Part shown: piece by piece, positions 45,735 to 45,865 of the stretch | Numbering within the stretch: position 1 is the first letter of the stretch | How the letters are laid out: the number at the start of each line of letters is the position of its first letter | Assembly (NCBI GenBank): GCA_964014565.1 | Contig: CAXGZN010000002.1 | Span: forward strand, 1 to 45,865 | Source: an uncultured Gammaproteobacteria bacterium | GTDB taxonomy: Bacteria; Pseudomonadota; Gammaproteobacteria; Magnimaribacterales; D2472 | Length of the DNA: 45,865 bases | Direction: 5' to 3' | The notes under the pieces: generated by a model | The model's database searches: none | Seen by the model: only the letters and a program-made list of their open reading frames with translations | Told to the model about the DNA's origin: nothing | Program-made: the position numbers and the translations under genes

Positions 45735-45865
45735 TTACTCTTCAAAAAGAAGTTTCTTATAGTGCTTTAATTCGTTGATTGAGTCCTTAATATCGTCTAA
45801 GGCTCTATGGTTACTATTTTTCTGATATGACTGCGCCTGATTCATCCATCTAACAATTAATTCTT
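45735..45865 (-). CDS. C-terminal fragment of an unidentified ORF running off the right edge
   Basis: The minus-strand frame is open from the window edge to the TAA at 45737-45735. It translates to ...ELIVRWMNQAQSYQKNSNHRALDDIKDSINELKHYKKLLFEE. Not in the ORF track because it is partial. Confidence 0.35.
   Translation of the reverse strand, partial: ELIVRWMNQAQSYQKNSNHRALDDIKDSINELKHYKKLLFEE

Overview
This is an AT-rich, very tightly packed core-chromosome segment. Gene order points to a streamlined, marine-type gammaproteobacterium; that taxon call is inferred from synteny only. From the ORF-track coordinates I tally about 1.0 kb of 45.9 kb (about 2%) outside a plausible CDS or the tRNA. 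Nearly half of that sits in two gaps, 30467-30656 and 37369-37656.

I support about 48 CDS, almost all housekeeping and arranged in classic gammaproteobacterial blocks:
- tyrS / M23 peptidase-anmK / erpA
- hemG / thiE-hemL
- pcnB, acs
- nnrD-tsaE-amidase
- priA / rpmE
- pepP-ubiH / zapA-6S RNA-5-formyl-THF cyclo-ligase
- ilvA / rpiA
- miaB-phoH(ybeZ)-ybeY-corC-lnt

I see no mobile elements, CRISPR array, phage genes or recognisable defence island, so I cannot honestly claim a large novel multi-gene system here.

Features the ORF track does not explain:
1. A partial tRNA-Ile(GAT) at the left edge with no 16S gene upstream.
2. A 6S RNA (ssrS) in the zapA/ygfA gap. It overlaps the predicted start of the downstream ORF.
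3. A perfect 23-bp Fur-box palindrome 10 nt upstream of an orphan Fe(3+)-binding protein gene.
4. The most interesting locus: the 288-bp gpx/fadB-like gap, an outlier among divergent gaps. It holds an unannotated 25-codon hydrophobic ORF with a good SD and two GC-rich stem-loops that pair better in the minus-strand RNA. It also has a plus-strand promoter-plus-terminator layout that could make a cis-antisense RNA over the ORF's initiation region. That resembles a type I toxin-antitoxin locus or a small-protein riboregulator, and remains hypothesis only.

Other points worth a look:
- A paraoxonase(PON)-family propeller fused to an extra multi-TM N-terminus, inside a run of four hydrolases of unknown substrate.
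- A DUF5916/CBM9-like outer-membrane protein whose signal peptide and SD lie upstream of any canonical start codon, suggesting a possible AUU start.
- All nine convergent gene junctions have 5 nt or less of spacer.
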